Notes: generated from the sequence alone by a model not told the origin. A DNA stretch of 64,000 nucleotides from an uncultured archaeon (GCA_964610875.1 CAZSWP010000008.1:1-64000), one strand, 5' to 3'. Positions 18,782 through 28,523 are shown, counted from the stretch's first letter. A program made the numbers and translations.

Positions 18782-19978
18782 TTATGCCGCCTTCAGAGTT
18801 AACCAATCGATATTGTCTACTGATTTAGGAAATCGTTGTTCTAGTTCAATTCGAGATTTTTCAATGATTCTATTAGTTGTTCCTTTACCTATTACCATAG
18901 ACATCCGTTTTGTGATGAATTGGATAAGAGCTCTGAATCCATCATGTACGATTTCTGGAGAGAGGCTTCCTTTCACTGCAGCACTGACCAAAGAGCTCTT
19001 GATTTCAACATCAGTATCATCTTCTAATGTGACAAATGCCAACCAAGAATACATATCGGTCAGAGCTTCACGTGATTTATCGAAGACAACTTGTGTTGCA
19101 TTAAATCCAAGCACTATGGATGCAATAGAAATAATCTCTTGCAAGCTATTTGAGTTAATCACCAATGCTTCTTGTGTAGGCGATACCTGCTCGATGACCT
19201 GTTTACTCACAAGTTTCTCAATCTCTTCTAGAAAATTTTTCAAATCTGAAGTCTTTATCCGTTCCGCAGCAATTGCAATTGGTGTTTCTCCATCTAAGTG
19301 CTCCAGAATTCTTGCCATCTCCGGTGACATACCTTCTGCTTTACTTGTTGTTTGTGTAAGAGATGTTGCTTGGAAGATATCATCTGGTTGGATAGGATTG
19401 TGTATGGTCACTGCTTTTTCCCAAAATGCTTTAGCTGCTAGGTTCATTGCTATCTCTACAGGGACTTCAAGGAAAACTGCTGCATCCTTAACAGTACACA
19501 CATCAGGTATCAAATTCAGGAATGCTACCACTTCAGGATCGGAAGTAAGAAGGTCCCAATTCAACTTCGTCCGAACTACACTTTCTTCAGTTATCAAATC
19601 TCGCACAAACTCTTCCATAATGACCGGTTCAAATCTGGAGTAGATTGCAAGATCCATCTCGACCCAACGAAGTAGGCTAAATTGCTCTTCGAACTTTTTG
19701 ATAACTCGTTTGAGTTTAGTTCGTAGATGTTGTGAATCTCTGGAAACTGAAATAGCTCCGACTGTCCACTCTCCGAATTCTACAACAATCTTATAGTCTG
19801 TACCTTCAAATGCTCTGGCTTTTGATGTCATTGAATGACTTGCCTCGTCAAAAAAAGAAGTCATAGCCACTAGAAATGAGGAGATAAGATCAGCATCGAA
19901 TATTGTTTCTGTGAAGTCTTTATGATACATGCATACACCTGTATCACGTTTTATGATGTATAAACTACGAACATCCAT
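18782..19978 (-). CDS. Longin-like domain + tandem winged-helix protein (NPRL2-like architecture)
   Basis: N-terminal LYII...GVCMY...DADLISSFLVAMTSF longin pattern; two WH-like segments including ILEHLDGETPIAIAA. Confidence 0.7.
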   Translation of the reverse strand: MDVRSLYIIKRDTGVCMYHKDFTETIFDADLISSFLVAMTSFFDEASHSMTSKARAFEGTDYKIVVEFGEWTVGAISVSRDSQHLRTKLKRVIKKFEEQFSLLRWVEMDLAIYSRFEPVIMEEFVRDLITEESVVRTKLNWDLLTSDPEVVAFLNLIPDVCTVKDAAVFLEVPVEIAMNLAAKAFWEKAVTIHNPIQPDDIFQATSLTQTTSKAEGMSPEMARILEHLDGETPIAIAAERIKTSDLKNFLEEIEKLVSKQVIEQVSPTQEALVINSNSLQEIISIASIVLGFNATQVVFDKSREALTDMYSWLAFVTLEDDTDVEIKSSLVSAAVKGSLSPEIVHDGFRALIQFITKRMSMVIGKGTTNRIIEKSRIELEQRFPKSVDNIDWLTLKAA

Positions 19979-20135
19979 TGATGCTACCCTCGATGGTATT
20001 CACTATAGACTAGACTTCACATTCAGGCGGTGTGCAAGTAATATGAAAAGAAACTCCATATTAGCATTCTTAGAATGTCTATAAAGAATATCACATTGCA
20101 GTATGACTATAAGCGGAAAATTGTGAACTCTTCTC

Positions 20136-20744
20136 ATGTCCAGTTCAGAACTGTCACTCGCTTGTCCAACATGCGGCAAACCTGGATTGAAATCGCAGTC
20201 CATAATGTATAGTGTACCATTCTTCAATCAACTTGCCATGTTCTCAATGTCTTGTCCTCATTGCAATTTCAAATATAGCGATGTCTTCTCAGCTGAAGAA
20301 CGTCCCCCCATGCGTTGGAAACTGCATGTGGACGATGAGTCATTATTAAGAGTGAGAGTAGTTCGTTCTGGTTCTGGAACAATTCGTATTCCTGAATTTG
20401 GAATAGATGTGGAACCCGGTCCTGCTGCAGAAGCTTTCATCTCAAACGTAGAGGGTGTTCTCTATCGCGTGAGAAATGTTGTTGAGATGGCGGTACGTTT
20501 TGCAGATAAAGCATCTGAAAAAGAACGTGGGAATGAGATTCTAGAATTGATGAAAAAGGCGATTCAAGGAGAATACTCCTTTACAATGGTAATTGAAGAC
20601 CCAGTGGGCACAAGTGGAATTCTTCCTGATGATCTAAGTCTAGTTGAGAGGACTGAACTGAGTATTGAGGAAGCTTCAAAGCTTCGTGGTGCCCCTGCTT
20701 GGCTTGACACCGCAAGAGAACAATATCAAGAGCGTAAGGGTTAA
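20136..20744 (+). CDS. ZPR1-related zinc finger protein
   Basis: CPTCG, VPFF, CPHC.FK.SDV, VVRS...TIRIPE, PGP, SNVEGVL, EDPVGTS. Confidence 0.92.
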   Translation: MSSSELSLACPTCGKPGLKSQSIMYSVPFFNQLAMFSMSCPHCNFKYSDVFSAEERPPMRWKLHVDDESLLRVRVVRSGSGTIRIPEFGIDVEPGPAAEAFISNVEGVLYRVRNVVEMAVRFADKASEKERGNEILELMKKAIQGEYSFTMVIEDPVGTSGILPDDLSLVERTELSIEEASKLRGAPAWLDTAREQYQERKG

Positions 20745-20776
20745 AACTATCTCTCCTTTTGAAGTCGAATAGTCGT

Positions 20777-20853
20777 GGGCCGATAGATTAGCCCGGCGGA
20801 TCGTCTGGTTTGCATCCAGAAGGCCAGGGGTTCAAATCCCCTTCGGTCCACCA
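20777..20853 (+). tRNA. tRNA-Ala (UGC), CCA encoded, no intron
   Basis: Acceptor GGGCCGA/TCGGTCC with the G3:U70 Ala identity pair; anticodon arm TCTGG-TTTGCAT-CCAGA; T arm AGGGG-TTCAAAT-CCCCT; ends ACCA. Confidence 0.97.
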
Positions 20854-20917
20854 TTACTTGTTTTAGTTATAGCTGACCAAAATACCTTCTATTCTTTGCT
20901 CTCAATAAAACCGAAGA

Positions 20918-21511
20918 TTGATTTGCTACTCATTGAAGTTTTTTACTATGTGGCATTCGTGTGCACAAATAGAACCAACAATATATCCCCCTATTCAATT
21001 TTGGATTCTGATTATTCTCGTTGAATTTGTGATAATGATATTTGGAATCTGGTTTGTCTGGTCTGCTATGGTAGGTGCCCCTTGGCTTCCTACACCCAAA
21101 AAGAGAGTACGCGCAATGCTCAAGCTAGCAGAAGTTTCAGAAGGCGATGTTCTTTATGATCTGGGTTCAGGAGATGGTCGGATAATTGTCATGGCGGCAA
21201 AGGAATTCGGTGCCAATGCGATTGGTATTGAAATTGACCCCCTTCGTTTGCTATGGACAAGATTTGTAATTTGGCGTCACAAACTCCATCAAAAAGCAGA
21301 AGTGATACGTGGAAATTTCTTCCATATCAATCTTGAAAATGCTAGTGTCGTGACTATCTATCAGGGTCATGAAATAAACAAGAAGATACGTGAAAAATTA
21401 TCAACTGATTTAGGAAAAGGAACACGAGTTGTTTCATACCGCTTCATAATTGCTGGTTGGACTCCAGTGAGTGTGGATAATGATTCATCGCTCTACCTTT
21501 ATGAAGTATGA
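20918..21511 (+). CDS. Class I SAM methyltransferase with N-terminal TM (FAM173-like)
   Basis: GAPWLPT, YDLGSGDGR, GIEIDP, RVVSYRF; start codon uncertain. Confidence 0.85.
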   Translation: MICYSLKFFTMWHSCAQIEPTIYPPIQFWILIILVEFVIMIFGIWFVWSAMVGAPWLPTPKKRVRAMLKLAEVSEGDVLYDLGSGDGRIIVMAAKEFGANAIGIEIDPLRLLWTRFVIWRHKLHQKAEVIRGNFFHINLENASVVTIYQGHEINKKIREKLSTDLGKGTRVVSYRFIIAGWTPVSVDNDSSLYLYEV

Positions 21512-21569
21512 ACAAAATGATTCTGTCGGATAGAAAAGAAATGAATCTTCCATCTCATCAGTGTGATTT

Positions 21570-21989
21570 ATGAGTGGTTTTTACAATAAACGCACAATCA
21601 GGTGGACTACTTTGATTGAACAGAATTTGATCTCGATAGCGCTTAGATTCAATGAGAAGATAAACGCACGTGATCTGACCGGACTCAGTGACATGATGAC
21701 AAAAGAGCATGTCTTCATAGACAGCTCCAACGAAACTCATGCGGGGAGAAATGAGATGATTCTTGGTTGGGCTGATTTTTTCAGAAGGTATCCTGATTAT
21801 AGAAATAATTTCACACGAGTTGTTGTAAGAGATAGAACCGTAGTTATGTTGGGATTTTCCGAATGTTCGTATGATCCACTAGATGGTGAAGCTATATGGA
21901 CTGCAAAAATAGAAAATGGGCTTGTATCTGAGTGGAGAGTCTATGACGACACCCCCGCAAACAGAGAGATATTCAAGCTATCTGATTAA
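21570..21989 (+). CDS. NTF2/SnoaL-like domain protein
   Basis: FNEKINARDL, H.FID, GR...W..FF...PDY, EWRVYDD. Confidence 0.8.
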   Translation: MSGFYNKRTIRWTTLIEQNLISIALRFNEKINARDLTGLSDMMTKEHVFIDSSNETHAGRNEMILGWADFFRRYPDYRNNFTRVVVRDRTVVMLGFSECSYDPLDGEAIWTAKIENGLVSEWRVYDDTPANREIFKLSD

Positions 21990-22217
21990 CCTTATCCATG
22001 CTATTTTTTGGCTATATCAAGTTCATACATATTTGTAGCAAAGGTTTTGGATTTCCTAAACTGGAATGTGTGATTTCAAACATGCTTCTTAGCTGGATGA
22101 GCAATCCTTAAAGGGGGCCGTTTTTGGCCCAAAGACAATTCACAATGATGTCTAGGTCCATAATTCTCCTTCAAGAGGAAAAAAGACGCACCTAGACCTA
22201 CACTATGGTGAACAAAA

Positions 22218-24596
22218 ATGCAATTATTCGAGACATTCATTGAAATGATGTTCATAGAACAGGCAATGATATTGACTGTTATAGCAGCAGCATTCGTAAG
22301 TTTCGTGTATGCTTGGTGGCTCAGAAAGACTGTTCTAGAAAAGGGCAAAGGAACTGAGCAGATGCAGAAGGTATGGAATGGAATCAGAGAAGGTGCATTG
22401 TCTTATCTTAACAGACAGTTGAAGACAATTATACCAATTCTTGTTGTACTCTCCTTCCTTCTCTTCTTTACCGTGTACATAACTGTACCAGAGAGAGGCA
22501 CTAATGAGCTCTTTGCAGGAGACCTCGAGACCGGTAAGATTCTTGTTGGAGTCGGCCGTTCAGTTGCCTTTGTTCTCGGTGCGGGTTTCTCTTTGATAGT
22601 TGGTCAGCTCGGAATGCGGATTGCTGTCGAGTCCAACATCAGAGTTGCTCAGGCTACACGAGAGGGTGAAGACAGATATAATCGAGCACTTGACATCTCT
22701 TACAAGGGTGGCACATTCACTGGAATGCTCACTGATGGACTTGGACTGCTTGGAGGCACTGTCATTTTCATCATCTATGGTATTGCAGCGCCTGATGCAC
22801 TCTTAGGATTTGGTCTTGGTGGTACTCTATTAGCACTATTCATGCGTGTTGGTGGTGGTATCTATACCAAAGCCGCAGATGTTGGAGCTGACCTAGTTGG
22901 TAAGTTAGAACACGGGCTTCCAGAGGATGATCCACGAAATGCAGCAGTAATTGCTGACCTCGTAGGAGATAATGTGGGTGACTGTGCGGGTATGGCTGCG
23001 GATATATTCGAGTCATACGAGGTTACAATTGTTTCAGCGCTGATTCTCGCGATTGTGATTTATCTTGAGAACCCTGCCACATTACTTCCTGGTGGTCTGC
23101 TTGCTGTAGTAATCTTTCCACTGTTCATCAGAGCAGTTGGTGTGATATCATCAATACTTGGCACATTCATGGTCCCTGTTTGGCCACGATTGCTAAAGAA
23201 AGCACAAGTATACGCTGAGAAGGCAATGTTCCTTTCATATGAGGTTTCCAGCATCTTTACAATCATTCTCTCATTGCTCATATCATGGTTCTATGTTGGT
23301 GACCTACGATTTGGAATACTGATAGCTGTCGGTGTTTTGCTTGCAGTATCATTCAATCCAATCACTAGCTACTTTACTTCATTGAAGAAACCACCCGTTC
23401 AAGAGATTGTCAAATCTTCTGACACAGGTACAGCCACATTCATTCTTTCAGGGCTTGTTGCAGGTTACGAATCAACTGTCGCTGCTTTGATTGTAATTGT
23501 TACTAGCTTTGGAATTGCATGGGCACTCTTCCTTCCAGCTGTAGCTACAGCAGCATCACCATTCTTTGTGGCAGCTGTTGCTGACGGTCCTGGTCACTTC
23601 TTATGGACCCTCTATGGAATTGCCCTCATTGGTATTGGAATGCTGTCACACACTGGCAATAATGTTGCAATGGACTCATATGGTCCTATTAGCGACAATG
23701 CTGCTGGAATTGGTGAGCTCTCCCCCGGCGACTTTGACGAAGAAGCAATGAAGACAATGGCTGAACTCGATGCCGTAGGTAATACTACCAAGGCCATCAC
23801 AAAGGGAGTAGCCATTGCATCAGCAGTCATTGCTGCTGTAAGTCTATTCGAAAGCTATGTGGTCATCAGCGGATTGGACCACCTACTCCTTGACAATCCT
23901 ATTGTATTCTCTGGACTACTACTTGGAGCTGCCCTTCCATGGTTGTTCTCTGCTCTGAATATCAAAGCGGTAACACGAGCTGCAGGTGAAATGGTTAAGG
24001 AAGTCCGTCGTCAATTCAAGATTCCGGGAATCCTAGAAGGTACGAAGGAGCCCGACTATGATCGAGCTGTAGACATTTCTACGACCGCTGCTCAAAAGGA
24101 ACTCATCTCATTGGCTGCACTGACAGTTACATTCCCATTGATTGTGGGTATTATGTTCGGTGTGGAAGCTCTGGGTGGATTCCTTGGTGGGATTATCGTT
24201 TCTGGTCAGTTACTGGCTGTCTTCATGTCTAACTCCGGTGGAGCTTGGGACAATGCTAAGAAAGCTATTGAAGACGAGCCTTGTGATCCGGAAGCAAATA
24301 CTGGAAAAGGCTCTGAACGTCATAAGTGTGGAGTTGTAGGTGATACCATTGGTGACCCTCTAAAGGACACTGCTGGTCCTGCCCTTAATCCAATGATTAA
24401 GGTCGTGAACCTCCTCTCACTCATTCTTGCACCAGTCCTACTCACATTCCAGTTTGGTGCAGATATGACCGTTAACATAGCCCTACTCGGTGCTTTGTTC
24501 GTTCTCTTCCTGATAACTATCTGGTCTATTCGGAAGAGCTCCGCACAAGCTGACTTTGGAGTTGAATCTCCAGACGTAGAAACTGCAGAAGTATAA
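22218..24596 (+). CDS. hppA: Membrane-bound pyrophosphatase, K+-independent type (H+-translocating by inference)
   Basis: GGGIYTKAADVGADLVGK, EDDPRN, DNVGD, DSYGPISDNA, GNTTKA (Lys determinant), GDTIGDPLKDTAGP. Confidence 0.95.
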   Translation: MQLFETFIEMMFIEQAMILTVIAAAFVSFVYAWWLRKTVLEKGKGTEQMQKVWNGIREGALSYLNRQLKTIIPILVVLSFLLFFTVYITVPERGTNELFAGDLETGKILVGVGRSVAFVLGAGFSLIVGQLGMRIAVESNIRVAQATREGEDRYNRALDISYKGGTFTGMLTDGLGLLGGTVIFIIYGIAAPDALLGFGLGGTLLALFMRVGGGIYTKAADVGADLVGKLEHGLPEDDPRNAAVIADLVGDNVGDCAGMAADIFESYEVTIVSALILAIVIYLENPATLLPGGLLAVVIFPLFIRAVGVISSILGTFMVPVWPRLLKKAQVYAEKAMFLSYEVSSIFTIILSLLISWFYVGDLRFGILIAVGVLLAVSFNPITSYFTSLKKPPVQEIVKSSDTGTATFILSGLVAGYESTVAALIVIVTSFGIAWALFLPAVATAASPFFVAAVADGPGHFLWTLYGIALIGIGMLSHTGNNVAMDSYGPISDNAAGIGELSPGDFDEEAMKTMAELDAVGNTTKAITKGVAIASAVIAAVSLFESYVVISGLDHLLLDNPIVFSGLLLGAALPWLFSALNIKAVTRAAGEMVKEVRRQFKIPGILEGTKEPDYDRAVDISTTAAQKELISLAALTVTFPLIVGIMFGVEALGGFLGGIIVSGQLLAVFMSNSGGAWDNAKKAIEDEPCDPEANTGKGSERHKCGVVGDTIGDPLKDTAGPALNPMIKVVNLLSLILAPVLLTFQFGADMTVNIALLGALFVLFLITIWSIRKSSAQADFGVESPDVETAEV

Positions 24597-24613
24597 ACAG
24601 ATTAAATATGAAA

Positions 24614-24648
24614 GGTGGCTAAATAGCCACCCTTCCCTCTTATTTTTC
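24614..24648 (+). terminator. Hairpin + T-rich terminator after hppA
   Basis: GGTGGCT-AAAT-AGCCACC followed by a pyrimidine/T tract. Confidence 0.6.
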
Positions 24649-24733
24649 CAGAATTTGATTTCTTCTAAATTATCTAGTTATGATGATTCTAATCGAAGCT
24701 CAGACGTAGTATATATTAGGCATGATGTCTTCC

Positions 24734-24862
24734 AGAGAGTGTGAGATACTCAATCTCACGCGGAGGAAACGGTTGGGTTCCGTTTCAGGAGAAAGAGAAT
24801 GTAGGTGTTCGCGGACCTACGCGCAGTGGTCTGCGAGCACTGTTTTCTCTAATTTCATTTTT
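24734..24862 (+). ncRNA. Candidate structured ncRNA: four hairpins in two loop-complementary pairs
   Basis: TATA-like TATATATT at 24710-24717; four stems; loop-loop complementarity; AGAGA(G/A)/TTCTCT closing stem; T-rich 3' end. G:U pairs indicate the + strand. Confidence 0.65.
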
Positions 24863-24924
24863 ACACGCTTGTACAATTAAGTTCTTTACAAAATTTAGCG
24901 AATTACTAACCAAGGCAGGTAAAG

Positions 24925-25239
24925 ATGGTGTCAATAGCAATTCTTCCGATTTTCTTACTGGCTTATGGAGGTCCAACAACGCTCTATTTCATGGCGCGGT
25001 CTGTAATGAAAAAGGAGTACTGTAACGATGCCCTATTACTGGCTTTAGTAGCCATTGCAGGATGCATTCTTGGAATTGCTGCTATTCTGAACACATTATC
25101 TTTCCCATACACCTTCTCTAGAACTTCAATGCCTGTTGAGGTAATGATTCAATATTCTATTCCCTCCATTATTCTCACTACCATCATGTTGATAGACCTC
25201 TTGTTATTATATAGAAACAATATCCCATCTTGGGATTAA
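24925..25239 (+). CDS. Small 3-TM membrane protein
   Basis: 104 aa, three hydrophobic segments, AGGT upstream. Confidence 0.5.
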   Translation: MVSIAILPIFLLAYGGPTTLYFMARSVMKKEYCNDALLLALVAIAGCILGIAAILNTLSFPYTFSRTSMPVEVMIQYSIPSIILTTIMLIDLLLLYRNNIPSWD

Positions 25240-25291
25240 AGTCAGGACAGACCAGAGGCTGTTAACTCATATTCTTGAGCAAGAACTTGAT

Positions 25292-27106
25292 TTAAAGGAC
25301 ATATCTCTTCTTTTTCCTGCGTGTTACACTGACAATCATTATTGAAGGAATAATGACAAGCAAAAACCCTCCCAAGATATAAGGCATATAATCAGTGCCT
25401 TCGTCTGTGTTATTTGTGTTTGTTTCTGTGTATCTTGAATAGAAGAAATCCTCATCATATCTGAGAATAAGTGATTTCTGGAAGCTATACGAATCAAGTC
25501 GGAAGGGTCCACATGTCACGAACCCCTCCAAGTCAAATCCAGAAAGCCAGGTAACAAATTCGTCATTGTTATCTATCTCTGACCAGATATGCTTTGGAAC
25601 AATTGGCATGTGCGCCACAGTCTCATAATACCAGTATGATTCCGTGTCAAACTCTATAACGAATCTAAATGGCGTAGGTGTATATGCTGCGAATAGGTTC
25701 TGTAATTGACTTCCATACACATTCTCTGATTGGTTGTAGAGGAGGAGAAATGAGAAGAGTACGTCTTCAGCAGTCAAAGGTTCGGAATCAGACCATGTCG
25801 CATTTGAAACAATTTCAAAGGTGAATCTCTGATGGCCATCAATGATATCAGGATTCTCCGGATGTGTTTCAACAGAATATGACTTAGCAAGCCAACCTAT
25901 TTCTTCTCGAGCTGGACCTTCCTGCAATAAACTTGGAAAGAGCAGTTTGAGGTATGATGCATCTGGAAATGTGTATTGCTCCCGATACGGATTGAATATC
26001 TCAGGCTGCGTTACCCCAACTCTTAGGGCCTCTCCTGGATTGTTTTCAAATTCAGGTTCTGCCAACATATAGTTCCACCAAAGCAACCTATCTGATAGTA
26101 GAGGGTCTACAAATCCACTGAAAGTATCAGTTCTAACAGGAAAACTATGTACATTTTGATAAGTAATGACCACAGGACACTCGTAGACCAAAATCTCTTG
26201 TAATGCTTTGGCTGCATCAAAGGTTTCTTCAAATGAGTAACTAGTCAATAAATTGGAGATATGAGAATCATATGTGCTATTTCTGAAATTTGGCAAATTA
26301 CTAAAATCTACTTCAGCATTCTCCGAGTGATAGTTTTCTAACCATGTCAAACTATCGCTGAAGAAATCTACTCCTGTGAACCAGATGTCATAATCTCCAT
26401 GGAAATAGAGTCGTTCAGGATTGTTGTAGGTAAATGTGAGATCCTCATAATTAATGTTCAGGGACTCCAATGCTTTCCCCAAGTAATAGGCACTACCTAG
26501 TCCTAGGTTAGTAGATGAACCTTCGATTGTTATTTGAAACTCGCTTCCATTCGGTGTTAATCGATATCCTGTTTCATTACTGATAGTGAAACCTGCATCA
26601 TCAAGCAGATCATTTCCAAGCTCTGGGTGGGCTTCATAGTAAAGCCCTTCTAGATTATCCTCGATGGACATTGGATTTTGTCTTGGGACTGGAGCATCTA
26701 ATGGGTGTCCGGTTCCATCCAAAACATCTGACGAAATATTCTCTTTATCAAGAGCATAAGCAATCGCTCTTCGAAATGCTGTGATGTTCAGTGGGTATTT
26801 CTCACAGTTGATGATGAAAAGTCCATATCCATTTCGTTCTGTATTAATCAGTGTTACATTGTTTCGTCCAGCAAAGTAGCTGTAAGCACTACCTACTGGG
26901 TCTGGTATCATATCAAGCTCTCCATTTACAAGAGGTTGATAGTGTGAATCAAAACCATACTTAAATTGAAATTCAATCTTGTTTACTTCTGGTGTTTTGG
27001 GATTGGAGTCATGCAGTGGAATATGTATTTGAGGTTTTGAGGTGCCGATTATTAGAAGAAGCAAAAGTAGCGTAACTTTCACAATAGTCTTCTTCTCGAC
27101 GAACAC
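25292..27106 (-). CDS. ABC-type oligopeptide-binding (family 5) protein with C-terminal TM anchor
   Basis: Signal peptide, FRRAIAYALDK, WLAKSY, ATWSD.EPLTAEDVLFSF, GPFRL; C-terminal TM plus RRKKKR. Confidence 0.85.
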   Translation of the reverse strand: MFVEKKTIVKVTLLLLLLIIGTSKPQIHIPLHDSNPKTPEVNKIEFQFKYGFDSHYQPLVNGELDMIPDPVGSAYSYFAGRNNVTLINTERNGYGLFIINCEKYPLNITAFRRAIAYALDKENISSDVLDGTGHPLDAPVPRQNPMSIEDNLEGLYYEAHPELGNDLLDDAGFTISNETGYRLTPNGSEFQITIEGSSTNLGLGSAYYLGKALESLNINYEDLTFTYNNPERLYFHGDYDIWFTGVDFFSDSLTWLENYHSENAEVDFSNLPNFRNSTYDSHISNLLTSYSFEETFDAAKALQEILVYECPVVITYQNVHSFPVRTDTFSGFVDPLLSDRLLWWNYMLAEPEFENNPGEALRVGVTQPEIFNPYREQYTFPDASYLKLLFPSLLQEGPAREEIGWLAKSYSVETHPENPDIIDGHQRFTFEIVSNATWSDSEPLTAEDVLFSFLLLYNQSENVYGSQLQNLFAAYTPTPFRFVIEFDTESYWYYETVAHMPIVPKHIWSEIDNNDEFVTWLSGFDLEGFVTCGPFRLDSYSFQKSLILRYDEDFFYSRYTETNTNNTDEGTDYMPYILGGFLLVIIPSIMIVSVTRRKKKRYVL

Positions 27107-27235
27107 ACCAATTCCTCCTCATTCTTAGCTATTTCTTCCTATTTACTCTTGACGTTCCAAGGACAATTTCAGTGACAAAGATTATTTCCTTCTACTATCA
27201 AATCAATATCGATTAGATCAGTACTAGTGATTACT

Positions 27236-27556
27236 ATGGCTGAAGAAACAAGTTGTCCATATTGTGGTTTACCTGCTAATGCGGGAACCGCTGAATCTGA
27301 CGAAAAGAAAACACTTCGTTGTAGTAGATGTGGCGGCTACTTCGATTATATTCCTGGATTTGGTGCTTTCTCACTTTCCGATGAAGAACAGAGTGAACAT
27401 CGTCGGAGCCAACGGTGGTCTGGTTATTCAGGAGTTCCTCGTACAATTGAGTTCTCATCAGAATCAGAAGGTGGTCCCTGTATTGCATGCTGTGTGATTA
27501 TCTGCATTTTGGGTGTGTTTTTCATCCCATTGATATTCATCTTATCTCTCTTCTAA
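27236..27556 (+). CDS. Zn-ribbon protein with C-terminal TM helix
   Basis: CPYC...CSRC, followed by a Cys-rich hydrophobic C-terminus. Confidence 0.7.
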   Translation: MAEETSCPYCGLPANAGTAESDEKKTLRCSRCGGYFDYIPGFGAFSLSDEEQSEHRRSQRWSGYSGVPRTIEFSSESEGGPCIACCVIICILGVFFIPLIFILSLF

Positions 27557-27584
27557 ATGAACTAGATTGCTGAGAATAAGTAGA

Positions 27585-27670
27585 AGGTGGGCCCGTCCCA
27601 GAAGAAAGAGTTGTAGGTATTCGCGTGGTTAGGAGGGGGGAGATTTGTTTTAATTCTGAAACGAGCCCTT
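27585..27670 (-). ncRNA. Candidate sRNA: 15-bp terminal stem with 50-nt C/U/A-rich loop
   Basis: Minus strand GGGCUCGUUUCAGAA pairs with UUCUGGGACGGGCCC (3 G:U); TTATAATA about 25 nt upstream. Confidence 0.5.
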
Positions 27671-27943
27671 GATTAAATTTTGAGTTGTAGTATTATAATA
27701 TTATAGATGTATGCAGAGAATTTCTCGCCATTCATAGCACCCCAGTTCCCTCTGCGTCACTGAATTTCTTCAAATTAATATCTGTTGAAATGTACTTAAT
27801 CTGTTGGTTCCGTGCAAATATTTTAGTCCAATCTATCTCTAACATTCTCAATAGTCGTTTTATGTTACTCCACCTTTGATATTTTCAAACCAAGGATTTA
27901 TCGAAAAAGCAATGGTAATATCATTACAAGCATGTGTTGAGAA

Positions 27944-28309
27944 ATGGACGATATGATTGCTCCTTGTGGTATTGACTGTGAGAAGTGTGATATTCGGCTC
28001 CTTCCAACTAATTCCTCAGCCGCTAATCGAGTTCTTGTATGGTTTAAGAACATGGGGTGGATTAAATCCGATGATGGTGTGCAGGTGGTCATGGAGAAGA
28101 AGATGTACTGCCATGGTTGTCTAGGCGATCGTGAGATCCACTGGTCTCCAGATTGTCCAATACTGAACTGCTGCCACGATCAGCGTGGTCTGGAGTATTG
28201 CTATCAATGCCCTGATTTTGTCTGCGAAAAACTATCATCATGGTCAAAAGAGTCAAAGATGCATACAAAGGCTCTTGAGAGGTTGATAGAGAGGAATGAA
28301 TCTCAATAA
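27944..28309 (+). CDS. DUF3795 family Cys-rich protein
   Basis: IAPCGIDCEKC, CHGC, C.I..CC, YCYQCPDFVC. Confidence 0.85.
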   Translation: MDDMIAPCGIDCEKCDIRLLPTNSSAANRVLVWFKNMGWIKSDDGVQVVMEKKMYCHGCLGDREIHWSPDCPILNCCHDQRGLEYCYQCPDFVCEKLSSWSKESKMHTKALERLIERNESQ

Positions 28310-28523
28310 TGCAATAGCAGAATAGCTTTATTCATACTGAATGAGATTAAGAATGTCAAAAAAATTCATGACGATGTTAGATTATAGACAGAGGTTATAC
28401 ATATCTTCTTCACTACATCATATGAGATTGAAGATAGCCGAATAATCTAAACTGAAATTATATTCTTAGCTTCTCGAAACAGTATTATCTCGCCCTGTAT
28501 CTCACTGACTTAGTGATACTGAG

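Noticed and set aside
18660-19643. 327-aa + strand ORF
   Set aside because: Antisense shadow of the longin/WH gene; Ser/Ile-rich with no motifs.
24741-25025. 94-aa + ORF and 64-aa - ORF over the structured element
   Set aside because: No protein motifs; the sequence is better explained by RNA pairing.
20777-25300. Integrated island at tRNA-Ala
   Set aside because: No integrase, and no duplicate of the tRNA 3' end seen in the window.
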